From the IMG/VR virus record IMGVR_UViG_3300031884_000009: a DNA stretch of 64,000 nt. One strand, written 5' to 3'. This document shows, in pieces, positions 9,365 to 18,275 of the stretch (its first letter is position 1; the number at the start of each line of letters is the position of its first letter). Under the pieces are notes generated by a model that saw only the letters and a list, made by a program, of their open reading frames with translations, was not told the origin of the DNA and searched no databases. The translations under genes were made by a program, and so were the position numbers. The DNA is from an uncultured virus (IMG/VR IMGVR_UViG_3300031884_000009). Lineage: Duplodnaviria; Heunggongvirae; Uroviricota; Caudoviricetes.

Positions 9365-10048
9365 ATGGGTAGCGTAGTCAGTTCAATAGGTAACGCAGTA
9401 GGGAGTATCTTCGGAGGTGGTAATACTCAAGGAGCAAGTGCACCTCAAGCTGCTCCTTTAAGTACTTATGACCCTTATTCACAATATCGTGCTCAAGCTG
9501 CAGGACAGTTAAACACGTTAGTAAATAACCCTGCTTCAGCGTTGTCTTCTCCTGGTTATCAACAAACCTTACAACAAGGTACTCGAACAGCACAAGCTGC
9601 AGGAGCTGCTACAGGGACGCTACAATCAGGCGGTCAAGCTGCTGCTTTGCAGTCTCTTGGGCAATCTAACTTTAGTAATTATTATAATACTATGTTTAAT
9701 CAGTTAGCTACTTTATCAGGTGCTGCCCAGTCTCCTGCCTCTGCTGCACAAGCTCAAAGCTCTGCTGCTCTTGGTTCTGCTTCGTTACAAAATCAAATCA
9801 ATGCTCAAGGTGCTTCTAACGTTCTTGGTCTTACCTCTACTGCTGCTGGTTTGTACGGTAACGTTACTTCTGCAAATGCTTTGAATAACTTAGCTACTAC
9901 TCTTGGTGGTTCTGGAGGCGGTGCTTCTTCTTCTATCTTTGATACTGGTGCTAATAGCTGGGCAGGTGCTGATATGACCAGTACTGCTAGTGCTGCTGGT
10001 GAAGACTTCTTTGCTCAGGCTGCTCCAGCAGCTTTAGCAGTTCTTTAA
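9365..10048 (+). CDS. Internal virion / DNA ejection protein 1A
   Basis: Ala/Gly/Gln-rich; SPGYQ...G.LQSG motif of the P22 gp7-like class; synteny. Confidence 0.65.
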   Translation: MGSVVSSIGNAVGSIFGGGNTQGASAPQAAPLSTYDPYSQYRAQAAGQLNTLVNNPASALSSPGYQQTLQQGTRTAQAAGAATGTLQSGGQAAALQSLGQSNFSNYYNTMFNQLATLSGAAQSPASAAQAQSSAALGSASLQNQINAQGASNVLGLTSTAAGLYGNVTSANALNNLATTLGGSGGGASSSIFDTGANSWAGADMTSTASAAGEDFFAQAAPAALAVL

Positions 10049-10055
10049 GGATAAT

Positions 10056-11021
10056 ATGCCATTATATAACTTAGCTGATATTGTCAGCACAGGCTATCAA
10101 ACAGGTAAGCAGATTGGTCAAGACATTACTGCTGGTAATGTTTTAGAAGCTGCTTACAAAGGTGTAGACACTCAAGACCCACAAGCTGCTCAACAAGTAG
10201 CACAAAGAGCTTCACAGTTAGCTGGTATGACTGGCAATGCTTCTTTAGCACATTCTTTTCAAAAACAAGCCACAGAGTTTGGTAAAGATGCTGCTGAAAC
10301 AAAATTAAAACAAGTAGAAACTCAAATTAAACAATTTGATATTGGTGCTCGTCTTGCCTCAGGAGCTACTGATAAAAAAGGTTTATATGATGCTATTTCT
10401 ACTTCAGGAGTAGATACCAATACTGCTATGATTTTAAGAGCAAACGTAGATAAGCTCCCTGATACTCCTGAAGGTATAGCTCAAGGTAAAAAATATCTTG
10501 GAGACTTAGCTACTAGTGAATCTGAAAAAAATAAATCTATATTAGCAGTAATGAATGCTCAGATTAAACAACAGCATGAAGATTCTTTAGAAAATCATTG
10601 GTTAGCTTTAGAACGTAATTCTGCACAAAACCAAGCTGGTAAAGAAACAGCACAAGAAAAACAAGCAGATAAACGTGAGGCGCAGTACAATACTCAAATA
10701 GCAACTCTGCAACGTGGCTTTGATACTGCCCGTACAAAAATATCTGTAGACCCTTTTATGAAGCCTAAAGATAAAGCTAAAGCTCTTGAAGATATAGATA
10801 CTCAAGAAGCAACACGTACCGCAGCTTTAGAAGAACGTTTTCATCCTGCTGATAAAGAAGAAACTCCTGCTGCTAAACCAACAGCAAAACCTGCTGCTAA
10901 AATTGAAACTAAATCTTCTGCTAAAAAAGATACCTTTACTAATAAAGAAGGTACAACATACAATAGACCTGCTGGTTGGTCTGATACTAAATGGCAACAA
11001 TATCAGGATGCTAATAAATGA
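10056..11021 (+). CDS. Internal virion / ejection protein 2A
   Basis: Helical, Ala/Gln/Lys-rich; N-terminal part weakly similar to 57774..59669. Confidence 0.55.
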   Translation: MPLYNLADIVSTGYQTGKQIGQDITAGNVLEAAYKGVDTQDPQAAQQVAQRASQLAGMTGNASLAHSFQKQATEFGKDAAETKLKQVETQIKQFDIGARLASGATDKKGLYDAISTSGVDTNTAMILRANVDKLPDTPEGIAQGKKYLGDLATSESEKNKSILAVMNAQIKQQHEDSLENHWLALERNSAQNQAGKETAQEKQADKREAQYNTQIATLQRGFDTARTKISVDPFMKPKDKAKALEDIDTQEATRTAALEERFHPADKEETPAAKPTAKPAAKIETKSSAKKDTFTNKEGTTYNRPAGWSDTKWQQYQDANK

Positions 11022-14000
11022 GTCCAGAAGAATGGGAAGCATCTCAATCTAAAAGTTCAAATGTTACTGTAGAAGCTGCTCCTGCAGAAACTAAAAAATC
11101 TTTGAGTCCTGAAGAGTGGGAAGCTTCTCAGGCTAAGCCAGATAAACTTGGTAGATATAAAGCCACGGAATCCGCTAAAGAAGAACCTGTATCTAGAGGA
11201 AAAGCTGCTTTAAAGGCAGGTATTGAAGCTATTCCAGGTGCTGCAGGAGGAGTAGCAGGGATGGCTGCAGGAGCTGAAGCAGGGGGTGCTTTAGGTCTTT
11301 TAGGAGGTCCTGCTGCTCCTGTTACAGTACCTGTAGGTGCTGCTTTAGGTGCTCTTGCAGGAGGCTTCGGAGGCTCTTACGTAGCTGATAAAGTTTATAA
11401 TTTTGTCAAAGAAGCTGTCCCTGAAGCAATGCTTAAAGAAGTAGGCTTAGACCCCGAAACTCGTATTCGTGAAAATCAGCAACGTCCTCGTGCTTCTTTT
11501 GCTGGACAACTAGCACCTAACTTAGCATTTTTCCAGCCAGGTAAAGTTCCTGGAATTACTCGTACATTGATGGCAGGTGTCGGAGGGGGTATCGAAGCTG
11601 GGCAGGAATTAGCTACTGAAGGTAAAGTAGACCCTGCTAAGGTAGGAATGGCTGCCGCCTTCCAAGCTGCTGCTCCTAAAGCTACAGGTCTCACACGTGC
11701 TATTGAAAGTAAAGCAGCTAATCTTGCTGAAAGTATTAAAGCTAGGTCTCCTGAAAATATTGAACAAGCTTCTAAAACTCCTTTAGAGAAAGCTGTAGAA
11801 CCTGCTAAAGAAGAAGCTATTGTAGGAACTGAAGCTGCAACAGCCCGTAAACAAGAACCTGTAGCTAAAGTTTCTGTTGAAGGTGCTCCTATAGTAAAAG
11901 AAGAAACTTTATCTCTTCCTAAAGTGAGCACTGAAGGTCCTATTATGAAAAGAGTTAATTCTCTTTCTGAAGGGCTTAATACATTAAAGAACAGAGAAAC
12001 AGCAGACATTATTAAAGCTGGTGATGAGGCTCGTAAATTTTCTGATGAAGCCCGTTCAGAAGATATATATCATAACCAAGCTGAAGAAGCTGGAAGACCT
12101 TTAACAGATGAGCAACTCGCAATTAAAAAAGAACAAGTAGATCCTTTGGTTGAACGTGTAAGTAAACTTTATCGTGAAGTTAAAGCTGAACATGGCGAAG
12201 CTATGCCTGATACTATGGAAGGTATTGAAGGCCATAACATTAGACGTGCGGATAGAACTTGGAGGGACACTGTTAAGTCTTGGGGTGAAAATGTTTTAGG
12301 TCACACAAGCTTTGGGCGTAAAGCAGGCACTCAAAAAGAAAGAAGCATGTTAGCTCTTGAATATCCTGATGGTAGGAGACAAGTTGTTAACCGTGATGGT
12401 ATGGCTTTACATAGCTATGCTGAAGGTACAAAACAAAAAGAACCTTTATTTAAAGGTAATCAAGAAAACAAACCTGACATTGGCAATGAAATTACTACCA
12501 AGGACGGACAAAAGGCTAAAGTAGTTCAAGCCACTACTGAAGAGATTGAAGCACAGACCCCTGTACGTTACAAGAAAGATGTTGTAGCAAACTATCTTAT
12601 TGCTGAAGCTCAGCTTAAAAAATATCAACGTGAGTCTGCATTTTTAAAGGATACTTTAAATACTCTTAAGAATGAGGGATTTGCTGCAGATAAAGCAACG
12701 ACTAAAGAGGCTCCTTCAGGGTTTGTTAGTGTAGAAGGCCATCCTAGTTTAGAAAAGGTTTGGGTTGATAAACGTTTTGCTGAAGCTTTTGAAGATGGTA
12801 TCAGCAAAGGTTTAAAAGGTGCTTCATTGTTAGAGCAGTTCAATAGTGCTGCTGTTGGTACTTTATTTTGGAATCCTGTACCCCATTTATTCAATGCTCA
12901 AGACCACTGGTTTACCACTGTTGGTTGGGATTTTGTTAAACCTTGGCAATATAAAAGTATTGCAAAATCTATGTATCAAGCAATAAATGACGTAGCTAAT
13001 GTGACTCCTGAATATATTCGTTATCTTGAAAGTGGGATGGGGTTACAGTATGGGAATGTACTAGCAAAAGATGCTGTTGAGCACATTGAAAAAACTCTTC
13101 CTAAAAAAGAGTTAGATAGTATAGCTAAAAAGATTGGGCTATCTCCTGTTAAATTAGTGGACGCTATTTATGATAAATCTAAACATGCTCTTTGGGGCGG
13201 GTCGGATATTTTTATGTTGTCTGCTTACAGGCACTTAGCTTCTAAGAAGGGCGTAGACATTCTTAATACAGCTTTAAAAAATTATGTAGAAACTCATAAT
13301 CCAAATTATCAAGTCCCTACTCGTATTGGCTACGATGCGATGATGAAAATTCCTGGGATGCCTGAGGCAGTCTCTGCTGCTTTGTCTAGAGGTATGTCAC
13401 AAGCCATGCAAAGCAGAGTTTTTAATACGTTCGGTAGGTATCACTACGGACAGTTTAAATCTATGGCTAGTAGCTTACATGATTTAGCTATTCAAAATGA
13501 AACATCAGTAACTAGCAGGGTAGACGCTGCTCAACATTTAGCTTTTATTGCTTTTAATATAGGAGTAGTATATCCTTATATATGGGATTCTGTTGCTAAG
13601 TTTGTAAGCGGGGACCCTGATGCTCAACAAAGAAGAGCAGGAGCAGCTACTATTCCTTACACAGCTTACCATGTATTACTAGGCGATAAAGATGTTTCTG
13701 CACTTTTAGCTGAAGCATATAATTTACCACCAGGTACTAAAACTATTGCTGAAAGTTTAATGAATCGTGATTTCTTTACTGGTCAGCATATATGGGAAAG
13801 TGGTCCTAACGGTTTTGATATAGGCGATACTGCTTTTGATACTTTAAAACAAGCTGAGAAATTAGTACCTCCTTTAAAAACTGCTGCAGATTTATTATCT
13901 GGTAAAAAAGAACTTCGTGAATCTGCTTCTGAGCAATTAGGAGCACAGCAAAATGTATCACAAAAAGAAGCACAATCTCAATACTTTTCAAAAAAGGATG

Positions 14001-14062
14001 CTTTAGCTGCTGCTAAAAGAAAAGCTAAAGACCCTTTATACAGGGCATTAAAAGGTTATTAA
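11018..14062 (+). CDS. Large internal virion / ejection protein 3A
   Basis: 1014 aa; duplicated SPEEWEASQ N-terminal motif; glycine-zipper hydrophobic segment GAAGG...GALAGG. Confidence 0.6.
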   Translation: MSPEEWEASQSKSSNVTVEAAPAETKKSLSPEEWEASQAKPDKLGRYKATESAKEEPVSRGKAALKAGIEAIPGAAGGVAGMAAGAEAGGALGLLGGPAAPVTVPVGAALGALAGGFGGSYVADKVYNFVKEAVPEAMLKEVGLDPETRIRENQQRPRASFAGQLAPNLAFFQPGKVPGITRTLMAGVGGGIEAGQELATEGKVDPAKVGMAAAFQAAAPKATGLTRAIESKAANLAESIKARSPENIEQASKTPLEKAVEPAKEEAIVGTEAATARKQEPVAKVSVEGAPIVKEETLSLPKVSTEGPIMKRVNSLSEGLNTLKNRETADIIKAGDEARKFSDEARSEDIYHNQAEEAGRPLTDEQLAIKKEQVDPLVERVSKLYREVKAEHGEAMPDTMEGIEGHNIRRADRTWRDTVKSWGENVLGHTSFGRKAGTQKERSMLALEYPDGRRQVVNRDGMALHSYAEGTKQKEPLFKGNQENKPDIGNEITTKDGQKAKVVQATTEEIEAQTPVRYKKDVVANYLIAEAQLKKYQRESAFLKDTLNTLKNEGFAADKATTKEAPSGFVSVEGHPSLEKVWVDKRFAEAFEDGISKGLKGASLLEQFNSAAVGTLFWNPVPHLFNAQDHWFTTVGWDFVKPWQYKSIAKSMYQAINDVANVTPEYIRYLESGMGLQYGNVLAKDAVEHIEKTLPKKELDSIAKKIGLSPVKLVDAIYDKSKHALWGGSDIFMLSAYRHLASKKGVDILNTALKNYVETHNPNYQVPTRIGYDAMMKIPGMPEAVSAALSRGMSQAMQSRVFNTFGRYHYGQFKSMASSLHDLAIQNETSVTSRVDAAQHLAFIAFNIGVVYPYIWDSVAKFVSGDPDAQQRRAGAATIPYTAYHVLLGDKDVSALLAEAYNLPPGTKTIAESLMNRDFFTGQHIWESGPNGFDIGDTAFDTLKQAEKLVPPLKTAADLLSGKKELRESASEQLGAQQNVSQKEAQSQYFSKKDALAAAKRKAKDPLYRALKGY

Positions 14063-14065
14063 ACA

Positions 14066-15403
14066 ATGAAAATATTAATCATCGACCCTTCAGGATGTGG
14101 TTGTGGTCTTTCCTTTGCATTACGTAGCCAAGCGTGGGGACATGAAGTTCGTATCTTTATCAGACACAACAAAGATGGCTCACGCTCTGAAGTAGGAGAT
14201 GGTGGACTTGTTAAGCGTGTAAGCAACTGGGAAGACAGTATGAACTGGGCAGACCTTGTGTTCTGTACAGATAATGTCTTTTACATTCATGGCTTAGAGC
14301 GTTACCGTGATAAAGGTTATCCTATCTTTGGGCCTTCCGTTGATACAAATCGTTGGGAACAAGAACGTGACCACGGTGAAAAGGTTCTTAATATGGCAGG
14401 GATTAAAACTATTCCTAGTCGTACCTTTGAAAAGTATGATGAAGCTATTGCTTACGTGAAAGAAAACCCACGTAGGTTTGTGTCTAAACCTATTGGTGAT
14501 GGAGATAAAACTCTTTCTTATGTAGCGAAGTCTGCTGCAGATATGATTTACATGTTAAATCGTTGGAAGAAAAAGAATGCTCTTAAAGGTAAGTTTATCT
14601 TGCAAGAGTTCCGTCCAGGGATTGAGTTCGGTGTAGGTGGTTGGTTCGGTGCTTGTGGTTTTTCTAAGAACTTCTGTGAGTCTTGGGAACACAAGAAGCT
14701 CATGGACGGTGAGCTAGGTGTGACCACTGGAGAGATGGGCACGATTGTTCGTTACACCCAAGAGTCTAAACTAGCTGACGAAATGCTTAAACCCCTAGAG
14801 GATATGTTACATGGTCTCGGATATACTGGCTATATTGACGTTAACTGTATTGTTGATAAGTCTGGTCAAGCATGGCCTCTAGAGTTTACTATGCGTCCTG
14901 GTTGGCCTTTATTTAATATTCAGTTAAGCCTTCACAAAGGAGACCCTGCTCAGTGGATGTTAGATTTAATCAATGGTGAAGATACTCTCAAAGTCTCTAA
15001 CAAGATTGCTGCTGGTGTTGTGATTGCTATTCCTGACTATCCTTATAGTCATGTTACTAAGAAGGAAAACTCTGGTTACCCTATCTGGGGTATTGACATG
15101 GACGATGCAGTTACTGACGTACATCTCTGTGAAGTACAGTGGGGCAAAGGTCCTGCAATGATTGATGGTAAGCTCAAAGAGAATGAACCTATGTTTGTTA
15201 CTGCAGGTGACTATGTCTGTACTGTAGTAGGCTTAGGCGATACCATTGAAGATGCTCGTGATAAGGTCTATGGAACTATTAAGAAGAAGATTGAGATTCC
15301 TAACTCTATTGCTTACCGTACAGACATTGGCGAGAAAGTACAGAAGTGCCTAGATGACTTACAAGCTGCAGGATATGCACAAGGAGTAGAGAGTGGCTGT
15401 TAA
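14066..15403 (+). CDS. PurD (GAR synthetase)-like ATP-grasp ligase, allele A
   Basis: EHKKLMDGELGVTTGEMG resembles PurD DHKR..DGD.GPNTGGMG; LEFTMRPGWP resembles EFNARFGDP; C-terminal YRTDIG. Confidence 0.8.
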   Translation: MKILIIDPSGCGCGLSFALRSQAWGHEVRIFIRHNKDGSRSEVGDGGLVKRVSNWEDSMNWADLVFCTDNVFYIHGLERYRDKGYPIFGPSVDTNRWEQERDHGEKVLNMAGIKTIPSRTFEKYDEAIAYVKENPRRFVSKPIGDGDKTLSYVAKSAADMIYMLNRWKKKNALKGKFILQEFRPGIEFGVGGWFGACGFSKNFCESWEHKKLMDGELGVTTGEMGTIVRYTQESKLADEMLKPLEDMLHGLGYTGYIDVNCIVDKSGQAWPLEFTMRPGWPLFNIQLSLHKGDPAQWMLDLINGEDTLKVSNKIAAGVVIAIPDYPYSHVTKKENSGYPIWGIDMDDAVTDVHLCEVQWGKGPAMIDGKLKENEPMFVTAGDYVCTVVGLGDTIEDARDKVYGTIKKKIEIPNSIAYRTDIGEKVQKCLDDLQAAGYAQGVESGC

Positions 15404-15800
15404 TCTACTACCTCCAATTCCTCAAGATAAGATTGAAGAAAATGTTCGTTGGAGAGAATGGTTTCGTAACTTAGGAACTTACATCTCTCAAGCACAGAAT
15501 GGAAACATTGTTAACAGCATTGCTACTGGAGGCACAGGAGCTACTACTGCTGCAGGTGCTAGGAATAATCTTGGACTTGGTACAATGTCTACCCAGAATG
15601 AAACCAATGTAAATATTACAGGTGGTAATCTTTCAGGTGTAACTGTAACAGCGTCTTCTTTGACAGGTAATGTAGCATTGACTAACACTACAGCAACTAC
15701 AGCTACTGCAGGTACGCATACGTTACCTTCTAGTCCTGTAGGTTTTGTTATTGTCAACATCAATGGTACTAACTTTAAACTTCCTTACTATAACCTATGA
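15393..15800 (+). CDS. Small tail protein (needle/short fibre-like), allele A
   Basis: GGTGATTAAGARNNLGLG fibre motif; NVNITGG; allele at 62965..63369. Confidence 0.6.
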   Translation: MAVNLLPPIPQDKIEENVRWREWFRNLGTYISQAQNGNIVNSIATGGTGATTAAGARNNLGLGTMSTQNETNVNITGGNLSGVTVTASSLTGNVALTNTTATTATAGTHTLPSSPVGFVIVNINGTNFKLPYYNL

Positions 15801-16246
15801 AAACTTCTGACGCAGGTATTGAACAGATTAAGCACTTTGAAGGCTTTCGTACAATGCCTTACAGAGACGTTGGAGGTAAGTGGACAGTAGGTTATGGTCA
15901 TCTTATGGTCCCTGATGATGGCTGTATAGAAGGAAGTCCTATTACTATGGGACAAGCTACCTCACTTCTTCGTCGAGATGTAACTGCTGCAGAGACAGCA
16001 ATCAATGCTGAGAATCTTAGTCTTACTCAGAATGAATTCGATGCTCTTGTATCCTTTACTTATAATCTAGGTACTGGAGCTTTTAAACGTTCTACTCTTC
16101 TCAAGTTTCTTAAACAAGGAAACAAAGAAGCTGCTTCTAAAGAGTTTCTTAAATGGGCGATGGTAGAAGGTAAATATAACGATGGTATTTTAAACCGCAG
16201 GATTGCTGAGCAAGACTGTTTTGTACATGCAAATTATAAAGGATAA
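15797..16246 (+). CDS. Endolysin, GH24 lysozyme (allele A)
   Basis: FEG...Y.D..G.WTVGYGH catalytic E-x8-D-x5-T; QNEFDALVSFTYNLG. Confidence 0.95.
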   Translation: MKTSDAGIEQIKHFEGFRTMPYRDVGGKWTVGYGHLMVPDDGCIEGSPITMGQATSLLRRDVTAAETAINAENLSLTQNEFDALVSFTYNLGTGAFKRSTLLKFLKQGNKEAASKEFLKWAMVEGKYNDGILNRRIAEQDCFVHANYKG

Positions 16247-16249
16247 GAC

Positions 16250-16387
16250 ATGCCCTTAATGAAATCTAAATCTAAAAAAGCTGTAAGCAAGAACATCAAG
16301 ACTGAAATGAAAGCTGGTAAGCCCCAAAAGCAAGCTGTGGCTATTGCATTAGCTACTCAGCGTAAAGCTAAAGGTAAAAAGAAGTGA
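16250..16387 (+). CDS. Small basic protein (45 aa, below the ORF-track cut-off)
   Basis: MPLMKSKSKKAVSKNIKTEMKAGKPQKQAVAIAL; AAGGA RBS; allele at 63819..63983. Confidence 0.75.
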   Translation: MPLMKSKSKKAVSKNIKTEMKAGKPQKQAVAIALATQRKAKGKKK

Positions 16388-16587
16388 AAGAAAGACTTAA
16401 AGGTGCTTGGAAGTCGAGGACTATATGGTTCTCGTTTCTGATTGTCCTTTTAGGTGCTATCTCTGATAACTCTTCTTATATACAAGACCTTATCGACCCT
16501 AAAGTCTATAGCATATCAATGTTTATCATTGGTATTGTTTTAGCTTATTTACGAGCAACTACTACTAAATCATTGGATGAAAGATAA
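16384..16587 (+). CDS. Holin-like two-TM protein
   Basis: KSRTIW motif, two hydrophobic segments, located between lysozyme and spanin. Confidence 0.7.
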   Translation: MKERLKGAWKSRTIWFSFLIVLLGAISDNSSYIQDLIDPKVYSISMFIIGIVLAYLRATTTKSLDER

Positions 16588-16991
16588 TGCCTACACCTAA
16601 TATCTATATGAAGTTTATTATTGCTGTAGGTTTATTAGTTCTTTCATTCATTGGTGGATTCTATGTAGAGCATTTACGGTATGCTAACTACAAAGAACAA
16701 GTAATAGCAGAAGCTAAAGTGCAAGAAGAGCACACTAAAGATTTAGTCAAACAACAACAACTAGTAACAGAAAAGGTAACCAATGATTACAAAAATCAGC
16801 TTAATCGTATTACTACTCTGTACAGTGGGTTGCACATCAATGGTAGCAGCTCCGTGCCCAGCCCCAGCGATGCCCTCGTCAGAGTTAATGGCTTCACCAC
16901 AGACCCTGTATTTGCTTTACAGTGTGCCAATACCACTCAACAGCTCGTCTCACTCCAGTCTTTCGTTAAAGAGCAACTAGGTATTAAATAA
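16587..16991 (+). CDS. i-spanin (Rz-like)
   Basis: N-terminal TM, coiled-coil periplasmic region, C-terminal Cys; last gene of the lysis cassette. Confidence 0.75.
   Translation: MPTPNIYMKFIIAVGLLVLSFIGGFYVEHLRYANYKEQVIAEAKVQEEHTKDLVKQQQLVTEKVTNDYKNQLNRITTLYSGLHINGSSSVPSPSDALVRVNGFTTDPVFALQCANTTQQLVSLQSFVKEQLGIK
16783..16980 (+). CDS. o-spanin (Rz1-like) lipoprotein embedded in Rz
   Basis: Signal peptide MITKISLIVLLLCTVG|C with lipobox-like end, Pro-rich mature part, AAGG RBS, +1 frame inside Rz. Confidence 0.7.
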   Translation: MITKISLIVLLLCTVGCTSMVAAPCPAPAMPSSELMASPQTLYLLYSVPIPLNSSSHSSLSLKSN

Positions 16992-17098
16992 GATTCCCGT
17001 TCGGTAAGTTTTTTGCTCATTTGGGCAATATTTTGACCATTTATTACCGTACAGTAATATTTTTTGTACACGTTACGTGAACATGTTTGATAATATGT

Positions 17099-17122
17099 AA
17101 AAAGACCCTGCACCAAGCAGGG
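17099..17122 (-). terminator. Intrinsic terminator of the leftward replication operon
   Basis: CCCTGC-5 nt-GCAGGG stem (17106-17122) followed on the - strand by TCTTTTT. Confidence 0.65.
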
Positions 17123-17148
17123 CCATAAAGTACAACTACCGAGAAATC

Positions 17149-17424
17149 TTACAATACAGGTTCTGCAGGATAATTAGCAGGATGAGGAGGCTGTAGCTCT
17201 CTAAAAAAAGCTGTAGTCTGTAGCTCTAACAATTTATCATTAAGAGGCTGTACTATCTTAATCAAGTCTTGAACTAACAACATTTGTTGAATAGCATCTA
17301 AATCTTTTAAGCTAGTTCCTGATTCCTGACAACGACTAAACACAATAGGCATTAATTGGTCTGCTGTGTTTAATACTTCTTCAAGTCGTTTCAATCCTGC
17401 AAATACGTGGTCTAAATCAATCAT
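17149..17424 (-). CDS. Hypothetical protein
   Basis: ORF with AAGGA RBS, in the leftward operon. Confidence 0.6.
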   Translation of the reverse strand: MIDLDHVFAGLKRLEEVLNTADQLMPIVFSRCQESGTSLKDLDAIQQMLLVQDLIKIVQPLNDKLLELQTTAFFRELQPPHPANYPAEPVL

Positions 17425-17576
17425 TTCATTTCCTTTGTAATATCACTTAACTGGCTAGATAGTTCACTCATAAACTGAGCCAGTAAAGCTGCTTCTTTAA
17501 ACTTACGTCCATTGGCAGCAATCAAATAGTCACTGCTGTACTTTTTAATAAGTAATAATGTATGTGCATAATCCAT
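17421..17576 (-). CDS. Hypothetical protein (51 aa, not in ORF track)
   Basis: MDYAHTLLLIKKY...; fills the gap exactly, with an ATGA overlap. Confidence 0.55.
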   Translation of the reverse strand: MDYAHTLLLIKKYSSDYLIAANGRKFKEAALLAQFMSELSSQLSDITKEMK

Positions 17577-17577
17577 C

Positions 17578-17802
17578 TTAATGCCTCGTATTCTTTCTGT
17601 ACTTTTCTACCATCATTGCATCTGCCATTGCATAACTAAAATGAGCAATGACTTCACAATACTCTTCTACATTTGTTTCTGGGACACCAGCAGCAGAGAT
17701 TGCCCCTGAGAGAACCGAAGTAGCGAAAAAGTCTCGCAAACCAGGTATCTCATCTTTAATCGGAGGACCCATATCGTGTAGTGGTTTTTTAGTTGTCATC
17801 AT
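17578..17802 (-). CDS. Hypothetical phage protein (LRDFFA...YAMADAM family)
   Basis: GLRDFFAT...AMADAMM motif that recurs in phage small proteins. Confidence 0.65.
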   Translation of the reverse strand: MMTTKKPLHDMGPPIKDEIPGLRDFFATSVLSGAISAAGVPETNVEEYCEVIAHFSYAMADAMMVEKYRKNTRH

Positions 17803-17959
17803 CGTCCTTTAGTAGTTGTTCAAGTAAATCTGCTTTCTCTTCAATTATATCAGAGAACCTCTCACAGATATCCTCAGTAGTTAAACCAAGAATATCTGTT
17901 ACATCCATTTCGTCTAGCTGTTTAAGACGATAAATTATATCAGTTAGAGTCAAGCTCAT
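17789..17959 (-). CDS. Small acidic protein (56 aa, not in ORF track)
   Basis: MSLTLTDIIYRLKQLDE..DILGLTTEDICERFSD; tiles between its neighbours. Confidence 0.6.
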   Translation of the reverse strand: MSLTLTDIIYRLKQLDEMDVTDILGLTTEDICERFSDIIEEKADLLEQLLKDDDDN

Positions 17960-18275
17960 CAATCATCTTTCTAATATACCATTGTGCTTTTTTAAACTCT
18001 TGAGCTACTTCATCTTTAAGACCTGCTCTAGAAGTGTACTTAATGATGTTACCTTTTAAATAACCTTTAAACTCTTCAGGAGTAAGCTTAGCTTTGATGT
18101 AGTCAATAGTCTCAATACCGCCTTGAGTGTAATGATTAGGAGAGTTTACCATGTCTTTGCTAGAACCAGGAGGATAATAACTATCTGAAGGTCCTGCACC
18201 ATAGTTAGTTTTCTTCAAGGCTTCACAGTCCACACAAAGAGCATGATAGTACCGATGATGTGTTACGCAATACAT
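17940..18275 (-). CDS. DUF3310 / T7 gp1.7-like protein
   Basis: DMVNSPNHYTQGGIETIDYI...GNIIKY..RAG.K motif. Confidence 0.8.
   Translation of the reverse strand: MYCVTHHRYYHALCVDCEALKKTNYGAGPSDSYYPPGSSKDMVNSPNHYTQGGIETIDYIKAKLTPEEFKGYLKGNIIKYTSRAGLKDEVAQEFKKAQWYIRKMIDELDSN

Noticed and set aside
11476..12009. 177-aa reverse-strand ORF and the many other antisense ORFs in the track
   Set aside because: They are shadows of long genes on the opposite strand, with no RBS or recognisable motifs.
14066..15403. Calling the ATP-grasp gene purD as a purine auxiliary metabolic gene
   Set aside because: The substrate-binding loop and other PurD signature residues differ, and the context is structural, so no gene symbol was assigned.
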